Shown here one piece after another: positions 1 to 10,184 of a stretch of DNA of 64,000 nt. Position 1 is the first letter of the stretch; each line of letters opens with the position of its first letter. The notes under the pieces were generated by a model, which had not been told where the DNA came from, did no database searches, and saw nothing but the letters and a program-made list of their open reading frames with translations. The translations under genes were made by a program, and so were the position numbers. The DNA is from Mayamaea pseudoterrestris (taxonomy: Eukaryota): the NCBI GenBank assembly GCA_027923505.1, contig BROI01000003.1, positions 372,001 to 436,000 on the forward strand, read 5' to 3'.

Positions 1-384
1 ATTCATACGCCCAGCGCTCGCCGCATCACTCTTTGCGGGACGCTGGATTACTTGCCTCCGGAAATGGTGGAGGGCCGCGAGCACGATGAGCGAGTCGATG
101 TTTGGGCTCTGGGTATCCTCCTGTACGAGTTCTTGGTCGGCAATCCTCCGTTTGAATCAAGCACGCACGGTGCCACGTATCGCCGCATTTCGTCCATTGA
201 CTTGCGCTTTCCTCGCAACATTCAGGAAGACGCACAGGACCTCATTCGTAAGCTGCTCGTCAAGGATCCGGCCAAGCGCATGCTCTTGTCCAAAATCCCT
301 GAACATCCGTGGATCAAGCGCGCGTTGACCAAGTCAAAGGCGACGCCAATGAGCCAACACAAACTAGCGAGCCGCGTTGTGTAA
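1..384 (+). CDS. Aurora-family Ser/Thr kinase, C-terminal part (5' truncated by window edge)
   Basis: Frame 1 from base 1 reads [22 protein letters not shown]...[25 protein letters not shown], which matches the Aurora activation-loop signature [16 protein letters not shown]. Stop TAA at 382-384. Confidence 0.9.
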   Translation: MHTPSARRITLCGTLDYLPPEMVEGREHDERVDVWALGILLYEFLVGNPPFESSTHGATYRRISSIDLRFPRNIQEDAQDLIRKLLVKDPAKRMLLSKIPEHPWIKRALTKSKATPMSQHKLASRVV

Positions 385-569
385 GGCCTATAGAAGAGGT
401 GTTGGAGCTATAAATACAAGATTTGAATAATAAACATGAATTAAAGATTAGTCATGGTAGCTTGTGTCTGAGCGGCATTTACGCTCCGTCGTGACGCTTC
501 CATTTTCCATTCGACAACGCAGTCCATTACCCAAACATAAAGCACCTCAAACCATTCATTTCCATTATT

Positions 570-2219
570 ATGTTTTCGCTACGTCCCATAGTCGCATCCA
601 TACTCTTGCGTCAAGGATTGGTGTCGGCCTTTGCGCCGCCGGCTCGTTCGTTCCGTCGACCATTGTTTGCACTCCACGCAGCTGCATCAACATCACCCGT
701 CCCCATGACACTGATCAGTGGCTTTCTTGGAACTGGCAAAACAACTGCACTCAAGCATTTGTTAGAAAATAAGGAGCAGCTCAAGATTGGCGTCATTGTC
801 AATGACTTGGCGTCTGTCAACATTGACAGTAAACTCATTGCCGGATCAGCCAAGGGCGACATGGTGGAGCTTCAGAATGGATGCGCCTGCTGCAGTTCGG
901 CGGATGAGCTCTTTGTGTCGGTCGAGCGACTGTTGGATGGAAGAGATTTGGATGCTGTCGTCGTGGAGTTGAGTGGAGTGGCGGATCCCATGGCGATCAA
1001 GAATAATTGGAAAATGGCTCCGCCGGCCATTCGAGAGATTGCTGATGTCGCTAGGGTTGTGACCATTGTGGATGCGAATACGTTTGGATCGGATTTCATG
1101 ACATGGGATCTTGCTGCTGAACGAAAGGATTGGGTTGATCCCGACGATGAATGCGCGGGAAGTCGAAAAGTGGCCGAGCTGCTCGCGGAGCAAGTGGAGG
1201 CTGCTGATTTGATTCTTGTCAACAAGGTGGATATGGCTACTGAAGAAGAAGCCAAGGTCGCCACTTCGGTCGCCAAGGCGCTGAATGACAAGGCTGATAT
1301 TCTACAAGTCGAGTTTGGCAAGGTGAGCCCCAGATCCATGATTAGCCTAAGCATGCCTGTGCCAATCGAACCTGCCCATGCCCACGACCACAAGCACGCT
1401 GACGAGGCCTGCAAGGACGCCGACTGCACCGATGCAACCCATTCGCACAATCATGATCATGCTTGCGCCGAGCCGGCATGTACCGATACATCGCACTCGC
1501 ACAGTCATGATCATGTTGCGTCGGACTGCGAGGACCCAGGGTGCACCGATACGTCCCACTCCCACACTCACAATCATCAATCAACAGCAATGGAAAATCT
1601 TGGAATCACTAGTTTTGTATACAAGGCTGACAAGCCATTTCACGCGAAACGCATCATGGACTTGCTGAGCAAGTGGCCAGTGCCCATCAAGGACACACTT
1701 GACTTGGGTCTCATTCAGGAAGCTCAATCGGATGGTTACTCTCTTGGTGGCGAGCATGTGGATGCTGATAGCCCTTTTCTTGGAGTCCTTCGCAGCAAGG
1801 GCTTTAGCTGGTTTGCTCCCTCCAAATGGAGTGGCGCAAATGACGATGCATGGAGGCACGAAACGGCCATGTACTGGAGTCATGCCGGCAAGCATTTTAG
1901 CATTTCGTCGGCTGGCAAGTGGTGGGCGACGGTACCAAAAGCACAAATCAAGGACTTGTTTGTGGACAACATGGATGAATACGAACGTATCTTAAGAGAC
2001 GACTTTGTATCGGAAGAATTTGGCGACAGACGACAAGAAATCGTATTCATTGGGACTGGAATCAACGAGGACAAGATTACGAAAGCCTTGAATGATTGTC
2101 TCCTTTGTGACAGCGAATTGACAACATACCGACAGAGGCTACAAAACTATATGAGCACTGTTTTTACTACTGGCGGCAGTAGTGGTCTCTTTGGCTCCGT
2201 GGATCATTTGGAGCAATAG
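570..2219 (+). CDS. COG0523/CobW-family (G3E) metal-chaperone GTPase with plastid-type presequence and His/Cys-rich insert
   Basis: Walker A GFLGTGKT, CxCC motif GCACC, ELSG, NKVD, and CobW_C motifs LRSKGFSW and FGDRRQEIVFIG. N-terminal hydrophobic stretch followed by VSA-FAP (ASAFAP-like). Confidence 0.92.
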   Translation: MFSLRPIVASILLRQGLVSAFAPPARSFRRPLFALHAAASTSPVPMTLISGFLGTGKTTALKHLLENKEQLKIGVIVNDLASVNIDSKLIAGSAKGDMVELQNGCACCSSADELFVSVERLLDGRDLDAVVVELSGVADPMAIKNNWKMAPPAIREIADVARVVTIVDANTFGSDFMTWDLAAERKDWVDPDDECAGSRKVAELLAEQVEAADLILVNKVDMATEEEAKVATSVAKALNDKADILQVEFGKVSPRSMISLSMPVPIEPAHAHDHKHADEACKDADCTDATHSHNHDHACAEPACTDTSHSHSHDHVASDCEDPGCTDTSHSHTHNHQSTAMENLGITSFVYKADKPFHAKRIMDLLSKWPVPIKDTLDLGLIQEAQSDGYSLGGEHVDADSPFLGVLRSKGFSWFAPSKWSGANDDAWRHETAMYWSHAGKHFSISSAGKWWATVPKAQIKDLFVDNMDEYERILRDDFVSEEFGDRRQEIVFIGTGINEDKITKALNDCLLCDSELTTYRQRLQNYMSTVFTTGGSSGLFGSVDHLEQ

Positions 2220-2261
2220 TTTATACAACGCAAAGCCTTACATTATAGCGAACTGTTAAAA

Positions 2262-4838
2262 TTAGGTTTGATTGTCACTGTGGTGTCGCTTACGTGCGTG
2301 CAAGCTTCTACGAACAATGCTCGGCAGACCTCCGATCTTACTGCTCTCACTCTCCGATACTTCAGCTTCGCCGGCTGACCATCGGCTAAATAGCTTTGTC
2401 AATGCTTGGTCCGGGTGTCCGTCCTCGGATGTAGTTTCCGTCACGCTGCCGCTAATGTCGGACCGATGCTTTCCAAAGAGACTCAAGTGCAAATCCAAAC
2501 CACGATGGGCACTATCGCCTCCCAGACTATGGTCGGACCTGCTTTTCGAAAAAGTCAATGAGCCTGAATCCGACTTTTGCCGGCGATGGCCAAACCCTCC
2601 GGAAAGTGAATTGGAATCGGAATAGTCGCTTATACCCGATGACGCACTACCGAATGACGATATTTTGTGAATAAAATTTTGCAGCCGGTGAGAATGGGAT
2701 GTGATTGGCGTCCCACTCAAAAATGGTAGCGAAGGAGGAGGTGGCGAATTGACACCGTCGTGCTCTCGCAGAGTATACTCCGCATCCATGGGAATCTCAA
2801 GGGCCGAATCCTCCAGAATAGACTGATGACAAGATGTTGTTGCAGATAAAGGTGTTTGCATCTCTGGTGAGCTCATGGAAGAAAAACTAGTGCCGCGGCT
2901 GAATCCTCCATCAAAGGAACCCGATCGACCAACTGACACGCGCTGCTTGACCGCTTTCAAGCCTTGCTGCAGTTGCTTCGTCGCCGATTTCAGTAAAGCA
3001 ACCGGCATGAGAGAAACAATACGGAATGCCTGTGGTTAAATTTAAATATGATGGTGAGAATTTTATCACTGCAGCCACACAAAAACACAATACCAGTTTT
3101 GACGTACCGATTGCAAATCGCGCTCCTCCACTCGTACAACCCTCGTATTGCTCTTTGCAAACTCGACACTGAGCTCTTGTACACGTTGCGCCCTAGCCAC
3201 TTGCAAAAAGGGATGCTTCAGACAATCTCCCACTCCAGCTCGCTTCTCAGGATCTTTTTCCAAGGTCATGTGCAGCAGCTCCAACAAATCGTCTGAAAAG
3301 TTGTTTCCATCATATGGCACTTCTCCTTTGGCAATAAGCTTCATCAGTTCGCCGGGATCTTCCGAGTAAAACGGCAGTTTCCCAGTCACAAATATATACA
3401 GGCATACTCCTGCGGCCCAAATGTCGGCAGCATATCCCGAAAAGGCGTGACAGCCAGCTCCAATCTTGCACATTTCCGGTGCGTAGAACGAAATGGTGCC
3501 TTCCGTTTTGGTCAAGATGCCATCATCTGCCATGTTCTCCATGCTCAAGGCTGATTCCGTGTCTTGTCGCGTCAACATGGTGGGCGACCAGTCGGCGGGC
3601 GGCTCAGCGGAAACGTCATTGTCATCGTCGTCATCACTTTCATCACCTTCATCGTCAAACATGTGACTGACGCCAAAGTCGCTGAGCTTGGCAATGCCGC
3701 GGGCATCCAGCAAAATGTTGGCCGGCTTCAAGTCGCGATGAATAATGTGATGCTGGTGAAGATAGGCTAGTCCGTGCAAAATGTCGCAAAAGTACAAAGC
3801 CGCGTGAAACTCATCAAAGTGACCATTGATCAAGCCATTTGCATCATCATCGTCTTCGCCCTGCGGTTGTCTGCTGCGTTCACCTGATAAACACAAACTC
3901 CTCCGCCGCCGAAACGTTCCATCATTCATATACGTCATGATTTCCCCCAGCGGCATGTATTCAATAACCATGTAAAGTAAATCACTATCCGGCGAATCAA
4001 TGGCTTCAAAGAAACGCACCAAGTTTGGATGCCGCAGCTTCTTCATCAAGGCAATCTCTCGTTCGACTTGCTGCAAGGCAGTCTTGTAGCAAACCCGACG
4101 GGTTTGTTGGTTGCGCTCCATGGTGCGAATGCGCTTGAGAATGCTCTTGTGAAAAATCTTGACGGCAACGAGACGCTCGTTGGGTGCTTGTGATATTTTT
4201 TGATGGTTGTCTTCTGCTTCGTCCATGGAGTGGTGTCGGCGTCTGCTGTACGCCGAGTCTTCCTTCTGCTGCTGCTGCTGCTGCTGCTTTCCGTACATGC
4301 GCTGCTCTTGCTGCGAAATTTTGAAAAAGTCGGCATCCAGGCCGCCGCCTGGATCAGATAGACTCTTGCGTCGTCCTTGTCGTTCGCTCACACTGCTCGT
4401 TGACCTGCTGCGAAAATGCTGCGGCGGCTGCTGCGTAGGCGATGCAGTAGATGGAGATGGAAACTGAAAGGAAACCTTTGGCGAAAGCTTTCGCGCAGGT
4501 CGGCAAGTCAGCGGTGACACTGGCCAAGCTTCCCCGCAGCGACGAGGTGCTGGAGACGACGATCGTTGTTGTAGCTGCACTCCTGCATGATGACTACTAT
4601 CCGGCGTCGTCGACAAGGAACCAGCATCATAATCAAATTCCGAAACACTCTCATCCTGCTGCCAAAGCAACTTGCGTCGCGCCAATCGAACCGTTCCAAA
4701 GGCGCCCTTGCCCAGCACGCCATTGACAAAGTAAAGGTTGGCAACCCTGAGTGGATTGCCTTGGTCGTCGAAAAGCTCGTCGCAGCCGTCGGAGTCTGCT
4801 GCGGCAACACCCATGTCGGAGTAACATTGATCTGACAT
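2262..4838 (-). CDS. CaMKK-like Ser/Thr protein kinase, 2 exons (4838-3108, 3029-2262)
   Basis: LGKGAFGTV, VAVK, REIALMKKLRHPNLV, HRDLKPAN, DFG and EGTISFYAPE motifs. A 78-nt intron 3107-3030 (GTACGT...CACAG) joins ORF 3066..4838 in phase 0 to the frame of ORF 2262..3008 (DLQS|AFRIVSLMPV). Confidence 0.85.
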
Positions 4839-5140
4839 TGTAATGTATCTGCATGTATCGGCTGGCTGCGCAGTGATTCGAGTATGATGGCTTTCGATTG
4901 TCGGTTTGCAGTTGTGGCGTCGCGGTTCGTGTTTCGCGTCGTGGATGCGCGAAGAAGTTCATCTCGGTCCGACATGAAAGCGGCACTGAAAAGCGTGACG
5001 AGCGAGCGGTTTCTCGGCAACGCAAAAAAGCACGGGGAAGATCTTCGTTGGATTTGCACAGCTCTTGCTATTAGTAAAGTACAGAAACAATCCCCTTTAT
5101 ACTAGCAAGCACTTTTATTAAAGCGGAATCAAGAGAAAAC

Positions 5141-6442
5141 ATGGATGTGGTGAGTGCGTGTGTCTGTCTGCATGGCAGATACTGAGGCTCATTGACGAGA
5201 ATTCTTCGACTGTTTGTCTGCTGTTGCTTTTCTTTTTCCTTGTTTCTATATGACTCATTTTGCTGTACTCTTGTAATCATCTAGAGCTCAATATTTGGAG
5301 CCTTGACGGGCGGTGGAAACATTTCCATGGAAATTCAGATTGATCCTCCGACATCTGCAACCCAACAACCAGTGCCATCCGTCGTGCTGGATCACCATCC
5401 GTCGTGGAAGTTGCACAAGAATCCGTTTTGGCGCGTGCAGCATCCAGGCGGATCCAAAGTACAACCTATCGGAGGCGCCGGAAGCAGCATGTATGGACAG
5501 CAGCAGCAACAACAATCATCATCACTATCATCCTTTTCTCAAAAGGAAATCATTTACGCCTTTGAACCAGGCCAAACCATTTCTGGCCGCGTCATCTTTC
5601 GATCACCACCTGGATCCAAGACTGTGGAACACCTTGGCATCAAGGTACAATTCATTGGCCGCATTGACATGAGCATGGGTATTCATGAAGGCAAGCCACA
5701 CTACGATTTCGTCAGTTTATCCAAGGAACTTGCTCCGCCCGGAACCTTGTACCAGCACGTGTTGCCATTCACCTTTCGAACGTCCATTTTGGAAGGTGAT
5801 CAAGTCTTTGAATCATACCGAGGACGCAACGTTTCGGTACGCTACCTTGTCAAGGTTCAAATGGACCGCAAGTTTTTGCCGCCACTTAAAAAGGAGCATG
5901 AAATTTGGATGCAAACGCTAGGGACGGAACCAACGCATCATGAAGCTATCAAAATGGAAGTTGGTATTGAAGACTGTTTGCATATTGAATTCGAGTATGA
6001 TCGGCGCATTTACCACTTGACGGATACGATTCGCGGCAAGATTCACTTTTTGCTGGTTCGCATCAAGATTAAACACATGGAACTGGCAGTCATTCGTCGC
6101 GAAACGAGTGGGGAAGGAGTGGCGGCGGCTGCGGCGGCGCAGGAAGGATCGCTGCCGCAACATGCGCAGTCGCCACAAACTGGCGGGGATGCGAGTAACA
6201 TTTTTACGGAAACGCAAACGCTGGTCAAGTATGAGATTATGGATGGCGCTCCTGTCAAGGGAGAAGTGATTCCAGTCAAGTTGTCGCTGCGAGGCATTCC
6301 GGCGGATCTCACGCCTACGTACACGGCTGTGAATAATCGATTCAGTGTGCGATACTTTTTGAATCTAGTTTTGGTGGATGAGGATGATCGGCGATACTTT
6401 AAGCAGCAAGAAATTATCTTGTGGCGGAAAGAACGAGGTTGA
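5141..6442 (+). CDS. VPS26: Retromer subunit VPS26, 2 exons (5141-5149, 5285-6442)
   Basis: EHLGIKVQFIG, ESYRGRNVSVRY, IKMEVGIEDCLHIEFEY, YEIMDGAPVKGEVIP and RRYFKQQEIILWR motifs. ATGGATGTG|gtgagt...ctag|AGCTCA supplies an in-frame ATG. Confidence 0.93.
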
Positions 6443-6505
6443 ACGTAATGTTCAAGCTTGCCGATATACTGTAACATGATACTGCCTTTTATTCATCGAT
6501 TAAGT

Positions 6506-8773
6506 TTAGCGTCCTAGCTTGCGATGCAACTTGGTGTAAAGCAATACGCAGCCAAGGCTAGCACTGATTGATAGTGCAAACGCAACCCTCTTCGCTAGCA
6601 GCAAGTTTCGTGTACGGCATTTTTTGTTCTCAAAGTAGTAAATGTCTGTCGCAGCCGATGAGGGACCACAGTCTCGAACGACTGCAAGCAAGTCGTAGCA
6701 TAAAGACTCATTGTCTGCTAGCGCATCGGGTAAATCGGATGCTATCAGTTTCAGTCCATCAATTGATTGTGGACATTTCCACGCGACACCTGTCAGAAAC
6801 TCGAGGGATGCGATAAAGCCTGGCAAGCATTGTAATTTTGCAGCGGCTTCGGTTCTCCAAGTGGCAAGACGGACATAAAGCTTGGTGTTTTCGTTGGTCC
6901 AGTTGACCTGTTTCTTTGCAGAACGTTGCAGCAGTGACACAAAAAGGGTATTCTTTGAGTGAGGCTCTTTGCCAAGCGAAAAGAACGCCTTGCACGCCTT
7001 TTGGCTCGCAGCAATTGTTTCCAGCAGTTGCGGATGCTTTCGTAAAGATTCGGCATTAGCAACAAACGGCTTTTCGGCCTTTCCTGGAATATTTTCTGGC
7101 GTCCAAAACATTTCATGGTGAGTGGAGGGAAGCGCAACATTCGGTGGTGCACTCTTTTCTGGCGTGAAGAAAAACAATTCACCAGTTTCGTGGTTACTAT
7201 TTATTGGTTCACCATCCAAAGAGGCACCATCTAGATCCTTATCGTGGCCATTGCTAGCGTCATGTACTTCTTCGTTGCCCACTTTGGACGAAGCTGCCTC
7301 ACTCTCGCCACTTCCTACCGACTGGTTGCCTTCGTTCCGTTTCGTTGGCGAGTTTGCAACAACTTTGCTTTTTATGCGTGAGAAAATTGATCGATTCTTT
7401 TTCTTGGGAGTTTCCTCGTCCGAGTCCAGTTCTCGGGCTTCTCCCTCGTCATCGTCGTCAGCAGCAGTCGCCAACTTCAAGGCCATTGACTCCATAGGTT
7501 CCTCGATCGGCATGCGCGCCTTATCCACAATGATCAAGTCTCGCATCATGATTCGACGTAGTGGCAACAAAAAGTGCACGTCATACCTTGCGTAATGAAT
7601 CATTTCGGCCGTCAATGGCCGAATTCTCCAGTCGCAAGCTTGATACATTTCCTTTAAGCGCTTGTAGCGATCAGCATTTCGTAATCCATAAAGCTGACAA
7701 ACGTCACCAAGCCCCTTGCCTGGCAATTTCAGTATTTTGGCAGCTTCATAGGTATCGAATGCATTTATTACAAAGCAGCCAAAGTTGCGATGCAGCGATG
7801 TCACGTCGAGACTGCCAATCGAGTGACCAACCTTGACAATGTTAGGATTTTCAAAGAGTGGCGCTAGTCCAGAAACATGTTCCCAAACTCCAGGAGCTAG
7901 CGTGTCAATGACAAAGTCAATGTCAAGATTATTGCAGGTAATTTGCAGAAGGCAACAAACTTGCGCGTGCTTGGACGGGTTGTGACACTCGAGGTCAAAG
8001 GCAATCTCGGTAGGCTCGGCTTGCTCCAGTTGCTGGATACAATCCTTCATCTTTTCGGCCGTGTCAACCAAGACTAAAGTATCATCATCAATGTGTGACG
8101 GCATGGCTGGAAGAGTAATTTGGCTCAAGTCATCAAGTTTAGTAGGATCAAACTCGATTGCATCGACATTATCGCGCAAGCATTCTTCCGGATGTGCTTG
8201 AAGGTGCGAAATATGTTGCTTGGCATCCCTTTCGACTGCAAGGAGCTTTGTGTCGCCTGGCTCATGGTTCCGACAAAACCAAGGCGAATACGTGTACATT
8301 TTGGCATGGTGGTGCTGCTGCCTCGTAGAATCTGAATCCGTGCTGGTCGCCATTGCCGATCTTGTTGACTCGTCTACTTGGAAAAAACCTTTTAAGCCAT
8401 CCGCATAGAGCGAAACAGCCATCATTCGCGAGTGACGCGAAGAACCAACACTGGCATGAAATAAATCAGCTTCGAGGCAGCATTCGTGAACCATTCTGCG
8501 TTGTTTGGACGAAATGTTGGGAAGCCCAAGAAAGGGTTGCTCCAGAACCTCTCGTGTCAATGCTGGCAAGATGACGCCCCCAATGATGCAAACATCTTCG
8601 TCGTCACAATCATTCAAAATATTCTTTCCATAGTAGCAAGCTACAGCTCCATCTCGGTAGTCTTTTAAGTAGCGAAGTAAGGCTTCCTTGTGATGATGCG
8701 ACCATGAGGCTGAAGGCTCGTCGCAGGCAGCCGATGAATGCTTCTTGCTCTTTCCGCGATACCGACGGCCCAT
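6506..8773 (-). CDS. RRP6-like DEDDy 3'-5' exonuclease with HRDC domain, N-terminal R3H-like motif and C-terminal hydrophobic tail
   Basis: ExoI IAFDLECHN, KVGH...DV, FDTYEAAKIL and DWRIRPLTAEMIHYARYDVHFL. HRDC-like RLATWRTEAAAKLQCLPGFI...AWKCP. Confidence 0.85.
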   Translation of the reverse strand: MGRRYRGKSKKHSSAACDEPSASWSHHHKEALLRYLKDYRDGAVACYYGKNILNDCDDEDVCIIGGVILPALTREVLEQPFLGLPNISSKQRRMVHECCLEADLFHASVGSSRHSRMMAVSLYADGLKGFFQVDESTRSAMATSTDSDSTRQQHHHAKMYTYSPWFCRNHEPGDTKLLAVERDAKQHISHLQAHPEECLRDNVDAIEFDPTKLDDLSQITLPAMPSHIDDDTLVLVDTAEKMKDCIQQLEQAEPTEIAFDLECHNPSKHAQVCCLLQITCNNLDIDFVIDTLAPGVWEHVSGLAPLFENPNIVKVGHSIGSLDVTSLHRNFGCFVINAFDTYEAAKILKLPGKGLGDVCQLYGLRNADRYKRLKEMYQACDWRIRPLTAEMIHYARYDVHFLLPLRRIMMRDLIIVDKARMPIEEPMESMALKLATAADDDDEGEARELDSDEETPKKKNRSIFSRIKSKVVANSPTKRNEGNQSVGSGESEAASSKVGNEEVHDASNGHDKDLDGASLDGEPINSNHETGELFFFTPEKSAPPNVALPSTHHEMFWTPENIPGKAEKPFVANAESLRKHPQLLETIAASQKACKAFFSLGKEPHSKNTLFVSLLQRSAKKQVNWTNENTKLYVRLATWRTEAAAKLQCLPGFIASLEFLTGVAWKCPQSIDGLKLIASDLPDALADNESLCYDLLAVVRDCGPSSAATDIYYFENKKCRTRNLLLAKRVAFALSISASLGCVLLYTKLHRKLGR

Positions 8774-9520
8774 GATTAGAATGTTGAAATTGAAGGAACT
8801 TAGAATCGAAGCTAGCTCGGATGTCGAGTATAGTTGGATACAGGAATATCTAGCGGCGACGACAGCAGTTATATTGCATCGGCCATTCGTCTCTCGTGAT
8901 GATCGAGATGCCTCGTCGCGTCGTCACAGCGAGTGTCTGAGTAGAACCGGTACGACGCCATTTATCTTCTTTACCAAGAACCAAGCAAAGCATGATCTGA
9001 TGGCTATTCATTGTGTGCTAATATTCTTGGTAAAAATTAAGAATGGTAATGAAGAAGCATTGCAAGAAATTAAAACTCTTGCATCTCCCACCCGCGCGTC
9101 ATCAACATGGAAAAACGGGCAAAAGTCTCTGAAAAGCAGTAATGCATTCTAGCGTCTACCCGATGTACGGGAGCGAGTGATTGAGGAGTGGGGGCTCGAT
9201 TATTGCCATGGTGCAAGTGGAGGAGACGCTTATAATGTGGGCCATCGTATGTTGTTCTCCCCTGCACGACGTAGGGTGATGCACTACTGCACTCCTAACT
9301 TGCGACTTGCTTCGAATCCCAGCTCCCAGCGACGACGAGTGCATAAAGCTATACAGACGAGGCAGTAGAAAAACAACATGATCATCTCGTTGGCAACAAG
9401 AGAAATAATCACATTATTTAACACTACTCTGTTTGCACGCATGCCTTCTGCCCTCGAATGTATAGCTCGCTCCATCGCTCATTCCTAATGCAACTTTTTC
9501 AATCCGTCTCCTTCAACCTA

Positions 9521-9895
9521 CTAGGCAATGGCGACTTCCCGATTGCGTAGAGACAGATTGCGCGTCGGACCGCATTGCGTGCCAGGTGTCACGACTGTAG
9601 CTGTAGCATTCTTGACGGTGCGGCGCTTCTTGACGGTCGCCGACGATGGCTGAACGTCTTGTTCCTCGTCTTGCTGCTCGTCTTCCTCTTCTTCCTCAGC
9701 TCTGTTTCGAGACCGACGGCAATGAATCTCCCACAGTTCCTCGCCAGCAGACATGGATCGCTCCTTCCTACTGCAACTGCCCTCTCCGTCGCGATCAAAA
9801 TCCTCCGGCGACGGCTGCTGGTAACGCGTCAAATGGACCAAGAACAACTCTTCACCCTTGGTTTTTGTCGGCTTGTCGACAATCTCCATGCTCAT
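9521..9895 (-). CDS. Hypothetical small acidic/basic low-complexity protein (about 124 aa)
   Basis: ORF from the ATG at 9895 with an acidic run (EEEEEDEQQDEE) and a basic KKRR patch. No family recognised. Confidence 0.4.
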   Translation of the reverse strand: MSMEIVDKPTKTKGEELFLVHLTRYQQPSPEDFDRDGEGSCSRKERSMSAGEELWEIHCRRSRNRAEEEEEDEQQDEEQDVQPSSATVKKRRTVKNATATVVTPGTQCGPTRNLSLRNREVAIA

Positions 9896-10184
9896 GTCTT
9901 GTCGTTCTGTATTGCGCAAGCGTTAACAGTTGGTCCTGCTTGAGCCAGAGCTCCTGCGATCTTGACGTTTGTGGCAAGGTGACAACCCATGACATCCACG
10001 AGAAACCGAAGCGTTCCCTGCGCGCGTGTCCGGCTTCTCATGTCTCGCGTCGCATCGTTACTCAAGGCTTCCGTCATCGACCCCTTTTCTTGACAGCATC
10101 CATGTGCAGAAGATACGCGCAAATCTTCAGCCTGCCGTATAATCATTTGAGCAAGTGATTGTAGTCAGCTTTCACTTGTCGAAA

